From assembly GCF_003991155.1 (NCBI RefSeq), contig NZ_CP031293.1: 64,000 nt of DNA; one strand, given 5' to 3'. Within the stretch, counting starts at the first letter, position 1; every line of letters begins with the position of its first letter. A program made the translations under genes and the position numbers. The stretch is from Escherichia coli. Lineage in GTDB: Bacteria > Pseudomonadota > Gammaproteobacteria > Enterobacterales > Enterobacteriaceae. Of the stretch, positions 44,970-56,001 are shown one piece after another. The notes beneath the pieces were generated by a model, which had not been told where the DNA came from, made no database searches, and was given only the letters and a program-made list of their open reading frames with translations.

Positions 44970-46079
44970 TTAGACCGCGCGGAAGGAAATCTCGCCAGGA
45001 ATGACTTCTCCCTGCCAATAAAGCTGGGCTGCAACGCGGTCAGCCAGCTGGCGGTAGATAGCGGTAAATTCGCTCTCCGGACGGCTGATAACCGTTGGCG
45101 TGCCTTTATCGAGATCTTCACGTAAGGAGATGTGTAACGGCATCTGCCCCAGCAACTGCGTGTGGTATTTCTCGGCCAGTTTCTCTGCACCACCGGTACC
45201 GAAAATCGGTTCATGGTGACCACAGTTACTGCAAATATGCACACTCATGTTCTCGACAATACCGAGCACCGGAACCTCGACTTTCTCGAACATCACAATG
45301 CCTTTTTTCGCATCGATCAACGCAATGTCCTGCGGGGTGGTGACCACTACCGCGCCAGTTACTGGAATGTTCTGTGCCAGTGTCAATTGAATGTCACCGG
45401 TGCCTGGCGGCATATCAAGCACCAGATAGTCGAGATCCGGCCACAAGGTTTCCTGCAACATTTGCATTAACGCCTTGCTCGCCATCGGACCACGCCACAC
45501 CATCGCATTGTCGTCAGTGACCAGATAACCAATTGAATTGGTTGCAAGGCCATGAGACATAATCGGTGCCATGTGGGTACCGTCCGGCGAAGTTGGACGC
45601 TGATTTTCTGCGCCCAGCATGGTGGGGATTGATGGGCCGTAGATATCGGCGTCCAGAATGCCGACTTTCGCCCCTTCCGCCGCCAGTGCCAGCGCCAGGT
45701 TTACCGCCGTGGAGGATTTACCCACGCCGCCTTTACCGGAGCTGACCGCAATGATGTTCTTCACGCCGTTAATTCCCGGCTGATTCTTCACGCGTTTTAA
45801 GGTGGCGATATTGTGCGACAGTTTCCAGTCGATAGCTTTCGCCCCGGTGATACGCAGCAGTTCGGCGCTACATTGCTCTTTTAACTCTTCGAACGCGCTA
45901 TGCCAGACGAATGGCATAACCAGTTCCACATGCAACGTGTCGTCCATCCAGGCGACATGGTGCAACGCTTTCAGCGTGGTGAGGTTATGCTTCAGGGTTG
46001 GGTGCTGAAAATTGGCCAGTGTCCCGGCGACCATTGCGCGCAAGGCTTCTGGTGATTTGGCCTGGGATTGTTCGTTCAT
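44970..46079 (-). CDS. mrp: Fe-S cluster carrier ATPase Mrp/ApbC
   Basis: Start at MNEQSQAKS (residue 11 of the 379-aa ORF); P-loop GKGGVGKS and CxxC motif. Confidence 0.9.
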   Translation of the reverse strand: MNEQSQAKSPEALRAMVAGTLANFQHPTLKHNLTTLKALHHVAWMDDTLHVELVMPFVWHSAFEELKEQCSAELLRITGAKAIDWKLSHNIATLKRVKNQPGINGVKNIIAVSSGKGGVGKSSTAVNLALALAAEGAKVGILDADIYGPSIPTMLGAENQRPTSPDGTHMAPIMSHGLATNSIGYLVTDDNAMVWRGPMASKALMQMLQETLWPDLDYLVLDMPPGTGDIQLTLAQNIPVTGAVVVTTPQDIALIDAKKGIVMFEKVEVPVLGIVENMSVHICSNCGHHEPIFGTGGAEKLAEKYHTQLLGQMPLHISLREDLDKGTPTVISRPESEFTAIYRQLADRVAAQLYWQGEVIPGEISFRAV

Positions 46080-46210
46080 CCCGACTCCTTTTTTGTATAG
46101 ATAAACCATCAGCTGATAGTTTACCTGAAGAATATAGAGAAGTACTTACTTAACATTTTCCCATTTGGTACTATCTAACCCCTTTTCACTATTAAGAAGT
46201 AATGCCTACT

Positions 46211-48244
46211 ATGACTCAAGTCGCGAAGAAAATTCTGGTGACGTGCGCACTGCCGTACGCTAACGGCTCAATCCACCTCGGCCATATGCTGGAGCACATC
46301 CAGGCTGATGTCTGGGTCCGTTACCAGCGAATGCGCGGCCACGAGGTCAACTTCATCTGCGCCGACGATGCCCACGGCACACCGATCATGCTGAAAGCTC
46401 AGCAGCTCGGTATCACCCCGGAGCAGATGATTGGCGAAATGAGTCAGGAGCATCAGACTGATTTCGCAGGCTTTAACATCAGCTATGACAACTATCACTC
46501 GACGCACAGCGAAGAGAACCGCCAGTTGTCAGAACTTATCTACTCTCGCCTGAAAGAAAACGGTTTTATTAAAAACCGCACTATTTCTCAGCTGTACGAT
46601 CCGGAAAAAGGCATGTTCCTGCCGGACCGTTTTGTGAAAGGCACCTGCCCGAAATGTAAATCCCCGGATCAATACGGCGATAACTGCGAAGTCTGCGGCG
46701 CGACCTACAGCCCGACTGAATTGATCGAGCCGAAATCGGTGGTTTCTGGCGCTACGCCGGTAATGCGTGATTCTGAACACTTCTTCTTTGATCTGCCCTC
46801 TTTCAGCGAAATGTTGCAGGCATGGACCCGCAGCGGTGCGTTGCAGGAGCAGGTGGCAAATAAAATGCAGGAGTGGTTTGAATCCGGCCTGCAACAGTGG
46901 GATATCTCCCGCGACGCCCCTTATTTCGGTTTTGAAATTCCGAACGCGCCGGGCAAATATTTCTATGTCTGGCTGGACGCACCGATTGGCTATATGGGCT
47001 CTTTCAAGAATCTGTGTGATAAGCGCGGCGACAGCGTAAGCTTCGATGAATACTGGAAGAAAGATTCCACTGCCGAGCTGTATCACTTCATCGGTAAAGA
47101 TATCGTTTACTTCCACAGCCTGTTCTGGCCAGCAATGCTGGAAGGCAGCAACTTCCGCAAGCCGACCAACCTGTTTGTTCATGGCTATGTGACGGTGAAC
47201 GGCGCGAAGATGTCTAAGTCTCGCGGTACCTTTATTAAGGCCAGCACCTGGCTGAATCATTTTGACGCCGACAGCCTGCGTTACTACTACACTGCGAAAC
47301 TCTCTTCGCGCATTGATGATATCGATCTCAACCTGGAAGATTTCGTTCAGCGCGTGAATGCCGATATCGTTAACAAAGTGGTTAACCTGGCCTCCCGTAA
47401 TGCAGGCTTTATCAACAAACGTTTTGACGGCGTGCTGGCAAGCGAACTGGCTGACCCGCAGTTGTACAAAACCTTCACTGATGCCGCTGAAGTGATTGGT
47501 GAAGCGTGGGAAAGCCGCGAATTTGGTAAAGCAGTGCGCGAAATCATGGCGCTGGCTGATCTGGCTAACCGCTATGTCGATGAACAGGCTCCGTGGGTGG
47601 TGGCAAAACAGGAAGGCCGCGATGCCGACCTGCAGGCAATTTGCTCAATGGGCATAAACCTGTTCCGCGTGCTGATGACTTACCTGAAGCCGGTACTGCC
47701 GAAACTGACCGAGCGCGCAGAAGCATTCCTCAATACAGAACTGACCTGGGATGGTATCCAGCAACCGCTGCTGGGCCACAAAGTGAATCCGTTCAAAGCG
47801 CTGTATAACCGCATCGATATGAAGCAGGTTGAAGCACTGGTGGAAGCGTCTAAAGAAGAAGTGAAAGCAGCTGCCGCGCCAGTTACTGGCCCACTGGCAG
47901 ATGATCCGATTCAGGAAACCATCACCTTTGACGACTTCGCCAAAGTTGACCTGCGCGTGGCGCTGATCGAAAACGCAGAGTTTGTTGAAGGTTCTGACAA
48001 ACTGCTGCGCCTGACGCTGGATCTCGGCGGTGAAAAACGCAATGTCTTCTCCGGCATTCGTTCTGCTTACCCGGATCCGCAGGCACTGATTGGTCGTCAC
48101 ACCATTATGGTGGCTAACCTGGCACCACGTAAAATGCGCTTCGGTATCTCCGAAGGCATGGTGATGGCTGCCGGTCCTGGCGGGAAAGATATTTTCCTGC
48201 TAAGTCCGGATGCTGGTGCTAAACCGGGTCATCAGGTGAAATAA
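46211..48244 (+). CDS. metG: Methionyl-tRNA synthetase
   Basis: Start at [10 protein letters not shown]; HLGH and KMSKS motifs, zinc knuckle CPKC...CEVC. Confidence 0.95.
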   Translation: MTQVAKKILVTCALPYANGSIHLGHMLEHIQADVWVRYQRMRGHEVNFICADDAHGTPIMLKAQQLGITPEQMIGEMSQEHQTDFAGFNISYDNYHSTHSEENRQLSELIYSRLKENGFIKNRTISQLYDPEKGMFLPDRFVKGTCPKCKSPDQYGDNCEVCGATYSPTELIEPKSVVSGATPVMRDSEHFFFDLPSFSEMLQAWTRSGALQEQVANKMQEWFESGLQQWDISRDAPYFGFEIPNAPGKYFYVWLDAPIGYMGSFKNLCDKRGDSVSFDEYWKKDSTAELYHFIGKDIVYFHSLFWPAMLEGSNFRKPTNLFVHGYVTVNGAKMSKSRGTFIKASTWLNHFDADSLRYYYTAKLSSRIDDIDLNLEDFVQRVNADIVNKVVNLASRNAGFINKRFDGVLASELADPQLYKTFTDAAEVIGEAWESREFGKAVREIMALADLANRYVDEQAPWVVAKQEGRDADLQAICSMGINLFRVLMTYLKPVLPKLTERAEAFLNTELTWDGIQQPLLGHKVNPFKALYNRIDMKQVEALVEASKEEVKAAAAPVTGPLADDPIQETITFDDFAKVDLRVALIENAEFVEGSDKLLRLTLDLGGEKRNVFSGIRSAYPDPQALIGRHTIMVANLAPRKMRFGISEGMVMAAGPGGKDIFLLSPDAGAKPGHQVK

Positions 48245-48253
48245 TCTCCTTTC

Positions 48254-48283
48254 AAGGCGCTGTATCGACAGCGCCTTTTCTTT
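48254..48283 (+). terminator. Rho-independent terminator of metG
   Basis: 10-bp stem AAGGCGCTGT/ACAGCGCCTT with ATCG loop, then TTTTCTTT. Confidence 0.75.
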
Positions 48284-48384
48284 ATAAATTCCTAAAGTTG
48301 TTTTCTTGCGATTTTGTCTCTCTCTAACCCGCATAAATACTGGTAGCATCTGCATTCAACTGGATAAAATTACAGGGATGCAGA

Positions 48385-51300
48385 ATGAGACACTTTATCT
48401 ATCAGGACAAAAAATCACATAAATTCTGGGCGGTGGAGCAGCAAGGCAACGAGTTACATATCAGTTGGGGCAAAGTCGGCACTAACGGGCAAAACCAGGT
48501 AAAAAGCTTTGCTGATGCTGCGGCAGCGGCAAAAGCGGAGCTTAAGCTGATCGCGGAGAAAACGAAAAAAGGCTATGTGGAAAATGCTTCAGCAAACGTG
48601 CATATCCCCCCCATCACCAAAGCCACTCCTGAAGTTAAAACTCCCCCTGTGAGTCAAAATAAACACCCATGGCTGGCTGATGATGCAGTCATTCCTGTCA
48701 CTGACGATATTAATCGATTTGCTTTTCCACATCGCTCTCGCCCCAGAGAGATCAATTATCTGCACAAAGATGGTCAAATATGGCAGCGCATTGCGAATAA
48801 CACCAGGGCATATGACCCCGACAATAATTACCGCTCTTATCCTGAAAACTGGCAGCAAGCGTTTGCCGAGTTACAAAGTCGAATTCTGGACAATCAACAA
48901 ACAGGGAGTGCGCAATCTGATGCGGCATTGCTCTGGAGTTTTTGGAACTCTTACTCTGCAGATGAACTGGTCGATGACTTAGTCATTCGCTGTGGTCTGG
49001 AAAGTGCCGTTGAAATCGCCCTTTTTGCTCTTCAACTCAAATATAAACCAGTAAAAGGCGCAGTCACCACCATCATTCCACCTGGTCACAAAGCAGAATC
49101 GCTACCGAGTTGGCATCAACGTCTATGTCATCATCTTTCACTCGCTTCAGAAGATGAGTGGCAACGCTGTGTGAATAAAGTGCTTACTGCTATTCCGACG
49201 CTATCCCCAGCACGGCAACCTTTTGCGGCGTTACTGCTCCCTGAACGCCCGGATATTGCCAATGCTATGGCTCTACGTTACGCAGACCAAAACGTTCCGG
49301 CGATGACCTGGTTAAGACTGGTAGTAACCGATGATGCCGCTCTGACTGCAGCAGAAAAATACGACTTCCCACCGTTATATCGTGATTTTCGCGCTTATCT
49401 GGCAATGTTGCTGGCAAATAATGGGGTGAGCGGTGTAAGCCGGATACTTACTGAGTTTGTGGAAGAGCATTCTGACAATCCCACTTATCTCTTCGAGCGC
49501 ATCAGCGAGACTGAAGATCTTGTCAAATGGTTATGGAAAACGAATCACCCGGATGCGATTCAAATTCTGATCCTCGGTGTAATTGGCAAGAAAAAGCACC
49601 TGGAATACTTAAGCAAAGCCTGTCAAAAACATCCCGCTGCGGCTATTGCCGCTTATGCAACTTTGCTGGCAATACATGAAGATGCACAGTGGCGCAACGC
49701 GCTTGTCAAACTGGTTACCGTCACGCCAGAGTTGGTATGTGACGTCATTCCCTGGGTTAATGCTAAAGCGGCAGGCATCTTATCTGAATGTCGTCCGCAG
49801 CCAGTAGCTGAAGAATGTGAATATGCCACTGTGGATATGTTGCCGGAGCTGTTTGTTTCGCCGCCCTGGATGACCAAAGAGAAAAAGAAAAATACGCCTG
49901 TGTTTGATCTTCCAGTGCTTCCAGTTCCTTCTGTTTCTGATGTCACTCCCGAGATTGCCAAAAGACTAACCCGTACTTACCTTGTCACCCGCTTCCAGCA
50001 AATAGCCCAACAGCAGGCGACAAAACAAACATTGTTTACCGACCTGCCGCCGATAAAAAAAGCAAGCTGGGAGAAACACTTAATACCGCTTACACCGGAG
50101 CAACAAATACTGTGGCATCTTGGTTTTGAAAAATGGCGGGAAAGCGGAGAAAAAATCTACGAAAAAATTCCGGCGCCACAAAGCGCCGTTGATGCCCTGC
50201 TACGCTTCGATTTTCCAGCACTCAATGCTGAATTTGTGCAATACCATAACAATGCATACAAAAGCTGGAATCTCATTGCCCTCTGTTACCTGCCTGGTCA
50301 ACAGGCCATTTCTTTTCTTAACCAGATAGTCAAAGAAGATAACTACTCTGATGAGGGAAATATTCTGGCAATTTTTGGTAGCGCCGCCATACCTGCATTT
50401 ATGACCTGCCTGCAACGTGATCCACGACGTCTGTGCTTCTTCCCCTTTTTCCTCGGTGTCAGTGACCTGGCCTTACCGATGGCGCAACAATTACAGAAAA
50501 AAATGTCTTATGACGATGCGCGAAACTGGCTGACTGATTACCCGCGCCATGCCGCCGCCGGACTGCTTCCTGTAGCACTGGGTAAACACTGCCAAAATCG
50601 GGAATATGCCCGCCAGGCGCTCCGCCTGCTGGTGAATTTAAACCAACGAGAAACGATTGAGGAAATCGCCCGGGGGTATAACCAACCAGATGTTTTAGCT
50701 GCGCTGGCAACATTGTTCGATAGCGACCCACTGGAAGAATATCCTGCAAAAATCGCCCCATTGCCCGGCTTTTATCAGTTCACCTTATGGCGCAGACCAC
50801 GGCTTAAAAGTAACAATCTGCCTCTGTCCGATGACGCTATGCGCCACCTGGGCACTATGTTGAGCTTCCCTCGCGACATTACCGCCTACGCTGGACTGGA
50901 TATCATTAGAGAAATCTTCACCCGGGAATCACTGGCTGACTTTGGCTGGGATCTCTACACGGCATGGATGGAATCTGGCGCGCCCGCAAAAGAAAACTGG
51001 GCATTTACCTCGCTGGGGATTTTAGGCAATAACGACACCGCGCGTAAACTAACCCCGCTTATCCGGGCCTGGCCGGGTGAATCCCAGCATAAACGCGCGG
51101 TTTCTGGGCTCGATGTGTTAGCCAGTATCGGTAGCGATATTGCGCTGATGCTGCTTAATGGCATTGCACAAAAAATTAAATTCAAAGCATTGCAGGAACA
51201 TGCCCGCGACAAAATCAATATGGTCGCCGAAAATCGCGGATTGACAATGGCCGAACTGGAAGACCGCCTGGCTCCAGATTTAGGGCTTGATATCAACGGC

Positions 51301-52185
51301 TCGCTGATACTTGATTTCGGCCCACGTCAATTCACCGTTGGTTTTGACGAAACCTTAAAACCTGTAGTGCGCGATGCAAACGGCAAGGTCCTGAAAGATT
51401 TACCCAAACCAAATCAGAGCGATGATAAAACACTGGCAACTGACGCCGTTAACCTCTTTAAACAATTGAAGAAAGATGTTCGTGCTATCGCCAGCCAGCA
51501 AATTACCCGTCTGGAACAGGCTATGTGCCAGCGCAGACGCTGGACGACAGAGCAGTTCCGCCTGTTCATGGTGGAGCACCCACTGGTACGTCACTTAACC
51601 CGACGACTGTTATGGGGGGTATATACTGAGGAAAACACGCTGATTGCCTGCTTCCGGGTCGCAGAAGACAGCACTTACAGCGATATGCAGGATGAGCTAT
51701 TCACGCTACCAGCAGGAAACATCGGTATTCCGCATATGCTGGAAATCCCCCCTGAATCTGCCGCTGCATTCAGGCAAATTTACGCTGATTACGAACTGCT
51801 CCCCCCCTTCCAACAGCTCGATCGTGGTAGTTATCGTCTTGCTGATAATGAACGGAATACCCACGAACTGACACGCTGGAGCGGACGCCTTTGCCAGGCA
51901 GGGCGCATTGTCGGGCTAGAGCGCCGAGGTTGGCAACGTCTGGAAGAAAGCGGCAGCGTCTATGCGATGCGCAAATCTACTCCTTATGGCGATCTCGAAC
52001 TTGAAACAGAACATTTTTCATTAATTTATGGCGAAACAGGTTATGGCGACCTGTTACCTGTTGAAAGCGTAAAAATCACCTCGCCAGATGATCGCTACGG
52101 TAAACAACCTTTACTTACTTTTTCCATGCTCGACGACATCACCGCCAGCGAGCTGATTAACGACATTGAATCATTGTTTGATTAA
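48385..52185 (+). CDS. WGR-domain / DUF4132 large protein, paralog 1 (MolR-like)
   Basis: 1266-aa ORF; N-terminal WGR-like motif (KFWAVEQQGNELHISWGKVGTNGQ); C-terminal region shared with the next two genes. Confidence 0.85.
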   Translation: MRHFIYQDKKSHKFWAVEQQGNELHISWGKVGTNGQNQVKSFADAAAAAKAELKLIAEKTKKGYVENASANVHIPPITKATPEVKTPPVSQNKHPWLADDAVIPVTDDINRFAFPHRSRPREINYLHKDGQIWQRIANNTRAYDPDNNYRSYPENWQQAFAELQSRILDNQQTGSAQSDAALLWSFWNSYSADELVDDLVIRCGLESAVEIALFALQLKYKPVKGAVTTIIPPGHKAESLPSWHQRLCHHLSLASEDEWQRCVNKVLTAIPTLSPARQPFAALLLPERPDIANAMALRYADQNVPAMTWLRLVVTDDAALTAAEKYDFPPLYRDFRAYLAMLLANNGVSGVSRILTEFVEEHSDNPTYLFERISETEDLVKWLWKTNHPDAIQILILGVIGKKKHLEYLSKACQKHPAAAIAAYATLLAIHEDAQWRNALVKLVTVTPELVCDVIPWVNAKAAGILSECRPQPVAEECEYATVDMLPELFVSPPWMTKEKKKNTPVFDLPVLPVPSVSDVTPEIAKRLTRTYLVTRFQQIAQQQATKQTLFTDLPPIKKASWEKHLIPLTPEQQILWHLGFEKWRESGEKIYEKIPAPQSAVDALLRFDFPALNAEFVQYHNNAYKSWNLIALCYLPGQQAISFLNQIVKEDNYSDEGNILAIFGSAAIPAFMTCLQRDPRRLCFFPFFLGVSDLALPMAQQLQKKMSYDDARNWLTDYPRHAAAGLLPVALGKHCQNREYARQALRLLVNLNQRETIEEIARGYNQPDVLAALATLFDSDPLEEYPAKIAPLPGFYQFTLWRRPRLKSNNLPLSDDAMRHLGTMLSFPRDITAYAGLDIIREIFTRESLADFGWDLYTAWMESGAPAKENWAFTSLGILGNNDTARKLTPLIRAWPGESQHKRAVSGLDVLASIGSDIALMLLNGIAQKIKFKALQEHARDKINMVAENRGLTMAELEDRLAPDLGLDINGSLILDFGPRQFTVGFDETLKPVVRDANGKVLKDLPKPNQSDDKTLATDAVNLFKQLKKDVRAIASQQITRLEQAMCQRRRWTTEQFRLFMVEHPLVRHLTRRLLWGVYTEENTLIACFRVAEDSTYSDMQDELFTLPAGNIGIPHMLEIPPESAAAFRQIYADYELLPPFQQLDRGSYRLADNERNTHELTRWSGRLCQAGRIVGLERRGWQRLEESGSVYAMRKSTPYGDLELETEHFSLIYGETGYGDLLPVESVKITSPDDRYGKQPLLTFSMLDDITASELINDIESLFD

Positions 52186-52197
52186 AAGGATTTAGCA

Positions 52198-55100
52198 ATG
52201 AAAACCTATATTTATCAGGACGAAAAATCACATAAATTCTGGGCAGTGGAGCAACAGGGAAACGAGCTGCATATTAGTTGGGGCAAAGTCAGTACCAACG
52301 GGCAAAGCCAGGTAAAAAGCTTTGCTGATGCTGCGGCGGCGGAAAAAGCGGAACTGAGGCTGATTGCGGAGAAGATGAAGAAGGGGTATGTGGAGCAAGC
52401 GAAGGATAATTCTTTGCAACCTTCCCAAACGGTAACGGATTCTCTCAAGGTAGCGGCCTTATCCACCATTATTCAGGAACAACCCTTTTGCGTAGCAGAA
52501 GCCCGTGTGGCTGACAAAAATACAGATGATGTTTTACCGTGGCTGGCGAAAGATATTGCTGTCGTTTTTCCGCCCGAAGTTGTACACACCACGTTAAGCC
52601 ATCGCCGCTTTCCCGGAGTTCCTGTTCAGCAAGCAGACAACTTGACCCAGTTACGTCGCTTAGCCTGTAGCGTGTCGCAACGGGATAATAAAACAGCCAC
52701 ATTTGACTTCAGCGCCTGTTCTTTAGTATGGCAAAACACCGTCGCCCAGGCGATCAGTCAGATCGACTGCCTGAAAACAACACAGTTACCATCACCAGTA
52801 ATGGCTGTACTCACGGCACTTGAAATGAAATGCACAAGATATAAAGTGCGTGAGGATGTTATGGATCAGATCATTCAGGAAGGCGGTCTGGAATATGCTA
52901 CTGATGTAATAATACACCTTCAACAGATTGATATTGAATGGAATTATGCGAATAATATCATTATTATTCTGCCGTCTGGCATTGCACCTGATAACTTGCA
53001 GCAATATTCCAGTTTTGAATTACGCCTACGGAAACATTTATCACTGGCGGAAGAGTCTCTCTGGCAAAAATGTGCACAAAAACTTATTGCCGCAATTCCA
53101 CATATTCCAGAATGGCGGCAACCATTAATTGCTTTGTTATTACCCGAAAAACCAGAAATTGCACATGAAATTGCCCAGCGTCTACTGGGGAAAAAAAAAT
53201 TACCCTCGCTTGAGTGGCTAAAAATAGTGGCGACTGATGAGCACATTCTTGCCTCATTAGAAAAATATCACGAGCCATATGCCATTTTTGATGATTACTA
53301 TTGTGGTGCGATATGGTCAGCCACCGTATTACAGGAGCAAGGTGTTGCAGCCCTGCCCCGATTTGCTCCCTATGCCGCAAGTGACTACTGCGCCGATGTG
53401 TTGCGTCATATCAATCATCCGTTCGCATTAACACTGCTTATACGTGTAGCCGGGCATACTAAACGCTGTCACGATCGAATGACGAAAGCCTGCGCTGCGT
53501 TCCCACACGCAGCACTGGCAGCACTGGCGGAACTTCTAGTGCAAAAAGAAGAGAATAGTTGGCGCATTATGCTAATGACGATGCTTATCTCGCAACCAGC
53601 ACTGGCAGAACAGGTCATTCCCTGGCTTTCGACACCCGCAGCTGCAGTGCTGAAATCATGCCAGCAACAACTGACACAGCCATCAAACCATGCCAGCACC
53701 GATCTACTGCCGGCCATAGTAGTCTCCCCACCATGGCTTTCGAAAAAGAAAAAATCGTCGATTCCGGTGCTTGATTTAGCACCATTAGGCATTGAGCCAA
53801 TCAGTTATCTGACAGAAGAAATCAGTAATCAACTTTTGGCGAAATATATCTGGTATTCAAAACACATCACGGTTAGTCATGAAGAAAGTACTGCCAATCT
53901 GTTGGCAAGGATGGGTTTTCAACGACGGATCGCTGGTACATATATTAAAGCTCCCGAAGCGGTAGTTGAGGCATGGCTAAATGAAGATTATTCAACCTTA
54001 ATAAGTGAATTTAAGGTGTTTCATTCACCTACCGGGCATTATTGGCATTTGGGGATTTTGACAACATTGCCGCTGGAGAAAGCAATAAGAGCATGGAATG
54101 CCCTTACTCTATCTCCGCATACCGATACCGAATACGCCATGTTACATTTTGGACTCAAAGGATTACCTGGGTTAGTAAACTCACTTGCACGTTATCCACA
54201 GGAAGCCTTGCCCATAACGAATTACTTCGCAGCGAGTGAGCTGGCTCCTGCCGTCGCCCGCGCCTTCAACAAACTCAAAACCCTACGACAAGACGCCCGC
54301 ACCTGGCTGCTGAAATACCCGGAACACGCCATTACCGGCCTGCTACCTTCGGCGCTCGGCAAAGCCGGTGAAGCACAGGATAACGCCCGCGCTGCCTTGC
54401 GTATGCTTATCGAAAACGATCATCAGCCATTACTGCAAGAAATCGCCCGGCGTTATAACCAGCCGGAAGTAACAGATGCGGTGAACGCTATGCTTGCGCT
54501 CGATCCCTTAGATAATCACCCGACAAAAATCCCCACTCTTCCGGCCTTTTATCAGCCATCGATCTGGACCCGCCCGGTATTAAAAGCAAATGCCCAATCA
54601 CTGCCAGATAACGCCCTCCTCCACCTCGGTGAAATGCTCCGCTTCCCTCAGGAAGAGGCTCTGTATCCGGGATTATTGCAGGTGAAAGATGCCTGTACCG
54701 CCGACTCACTGGCTGAATTTGCCTGGGATCTGTTTACCGCCTGGCAGACCGCTGGCGCACCGTCGAAAGAAAGTTGGGCGTTCACTGCGTTAGGCGTTCT
54801 CGGTAACGATGACACCGCCCGCAAACTGACGCCATTAATCCGCGCCTGGCCTGGCGAATCTCAGCATAAACGTGCCACCGTTGGGTTGGATATTCTCGCT
54901 GCTATCGGCAGCGATATCGCCCTGATGCAGCTTAACGGCATCGCCCAGAAACTGAAATTCAAAGCATTACAGGAGCGAGCAAAAGAAAAAATTGCCGACA
55001 TTGCCGAAAGCCGCGAACTCACAGTGGCAGAACTTGAAGATCGGTTAGCACCGGATCTCGGTCTGGATGATAACGGTTCGCTGCTGCTGGATTTCGGGCC

Positions 55101-55992
55101 ACGGCAGTTCACCGTCAGCTTTGATGAAACCTTAAAACCGTTTGTGCGTGATGCTTCCGGCAGCCGCCTGAAAGACTTGCCTAAACCGAACAAAAGCGAT
55201 GATGAAACCCAAGCGAACGATGCAGTTAACCGCTACAAACTGTTGAAAAAAGATGCGCGTACCGTTGCCGCCCAGCAGGTAGCAAGGCTGGAATCCGCCA
55301 TGTGCCTACGCCGCCGCTGGTCGCCGGAAAACTTCCAGCTATTCCTGGTTGAGCATCCGCTGGTTCGCCACTTAACCCGCCGTCTGATTTGGGGCGTTTA
55401 TAGCACCGAAAACGAGCTACTGGCCTGTTTCCGGGTGGCAGAAGATAACAGCTACAGCACCGCTGACGATGATCTTTTCACCCTGCCGGAAGGCGATATC
55501 TCTATTGGTATTCCTCACGTTCTGGAAATATCACCGACGGATGCCGCCGCCTTTGGTCAGCTTTTTGCCGACTACGAACTTTTACCGCCGTTCCGTCAGC
55601 TCGACCGCAACAGTTATGCCCTGACTGAAGTCGAACGCAACGCCAGCGAACTAACCCGCTGGGCAGGCAGAAAATGCCCGAGCGGTCGGGTTATGGGGCT
55701 GTCGAATAAAGGCTGGGTGCGTGGTGAACCGCAGGACGGTGGCTGGATCGGCTGGATGATCAAACCTCTGGGCCGCTGGTCATTAATCATGGAAATCGAT
55801 GAAGGATTTGCAGTTGGTATGTCGCCAGCCGAACTCAGTGCCGAGCAACTCTTAAGCAAGCTGTGGCTATGGGAAGGCAAAGCAGAAAGCTATGGCTGGG
55901 GGAGTCATTCAACACAGGAAGCGCAGTTCTCCGCACTCGATGACATCACCGCCAGCGAGTTGATTAACGATATTGAAGCCCTGTTTGAATAA
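52198..55992 (+). CDS. molR: WGR-domain / DUF4132 large protein, paralog 2 (MolR-like; length matches my recollection of intact MolR)
   Basis: 1264-aa ORF; N-terminal ~60 aa and C-terminal ~450 aa highly similar to paralog 1, centre divergent; which copy is the K-12 molR orthologue is uncertain. Confidence 0.8.
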   Translation: MKTYIYQDEKSHKFWAVEQQGNELHISWGKVSTNGQSQVKSFADAAAAEKAELRLIAEKMKKGYVEQAKDNSLQPSQTVTDSLKVAALSTIIQEQPFCVAEARVADKNTDDVLPWLAKDIAVVFPPEVVHTTLSHRRFPGVPVQQADNLTQLRRLACSVSQRDNKTATFDFSACSLVWQNTVAQAISQIDCLKTTQLPSPVMAVLTALEMKCTRYKVREDVMDQIIQEGGLEYATDVIIHLQQIDIEWNYANNIIIILPSGIAPDNLQQYSSFELRLRKHLSLAEESLWQKCAQKLIAAIPHIPEWRQPLIALLLPEKPEIAHEIAQRLLGKKKLPSLEWLKIVATDEHILASLEKYHEPYAIFDDYYCGAIWSATVLQEQGVAALPRFAPYAASDYCADVLRHINHPFALTLLIRVAGHTKRCHDRMTKACAAFPHAALAALAELLVQKEENSWRIMLMTMLISQPALAEQVIPWLSTPAAAVLKSCQQQLTQPSNHASTDLLPAIVVSPPWLSKKKKSSIPVLDLAPLGIEPISYLTEEISNQLLAKYIWYSKHITVSHEESTANLLARMGFQRRIAGTYIKAPEAVVEAWLNEDYSTLISEFKVFHSPTGHYWHLGILTTLPLEKAIRAWNALTLSPHTDTEYAMLHFGLKGLPGLVNSLARYPQEALPITNYFAASELAPAVARAFNKLKTLRQDARTWLLKYPEHAITGLLPSALGKAGEAQDNARAALRMLIENDHQPLLQEIARRYNQPEVTDAVNAMLALDPLDNHPTKIPTLPAFYQPSIWTRPVLKANAQSLPDNALLHLGEMLRFPQEEALYPGLLQVKDACTADSLAEFAWDLFTAWQTAGAPSKESWAFTALGVLGNDDTARKLTPLIRAWPGESQHKRATVGLDILAAIGSDIALMQLNGIAQKLKFKALQERAKEKIADIAESRELTVAELEDRLAPDLGLDDNGSLLLDFGPRQFTVSFDETLKPFVRDASGSRLKDLPKPNKSDDETQANDAVNRYKLLKKDARTVAAQQVARLESAMCLRRRWSPENFQLFLVEHPLVRHLTRRLIWGVYSTENELLACFRVAEDNSYSTADDDLFTLPEGDISIGIPHVLEISPTDAAAFGQLFADYELLPPFRQLDRNSYALTEVERNASELTRWAGRKCPSGRVMGLSNKGWVRGEPQDGGWIGWMIKPLGRWSLIMEIDEGFAVGMSPAELSAEQLLSKLWLWEGKAESYGWGSHSTQEAQFSALDDITASELINDIEALFE

Positions 55993-56001
55993 GGAAAGAA
56001 C

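Noticed and set aside
44780-45470. ORFs of 154, 104 and 102 aa overlapping mrp
   Set aside because: They overlap the conserved P-loop ATPase gene in other frames or on the other strand.
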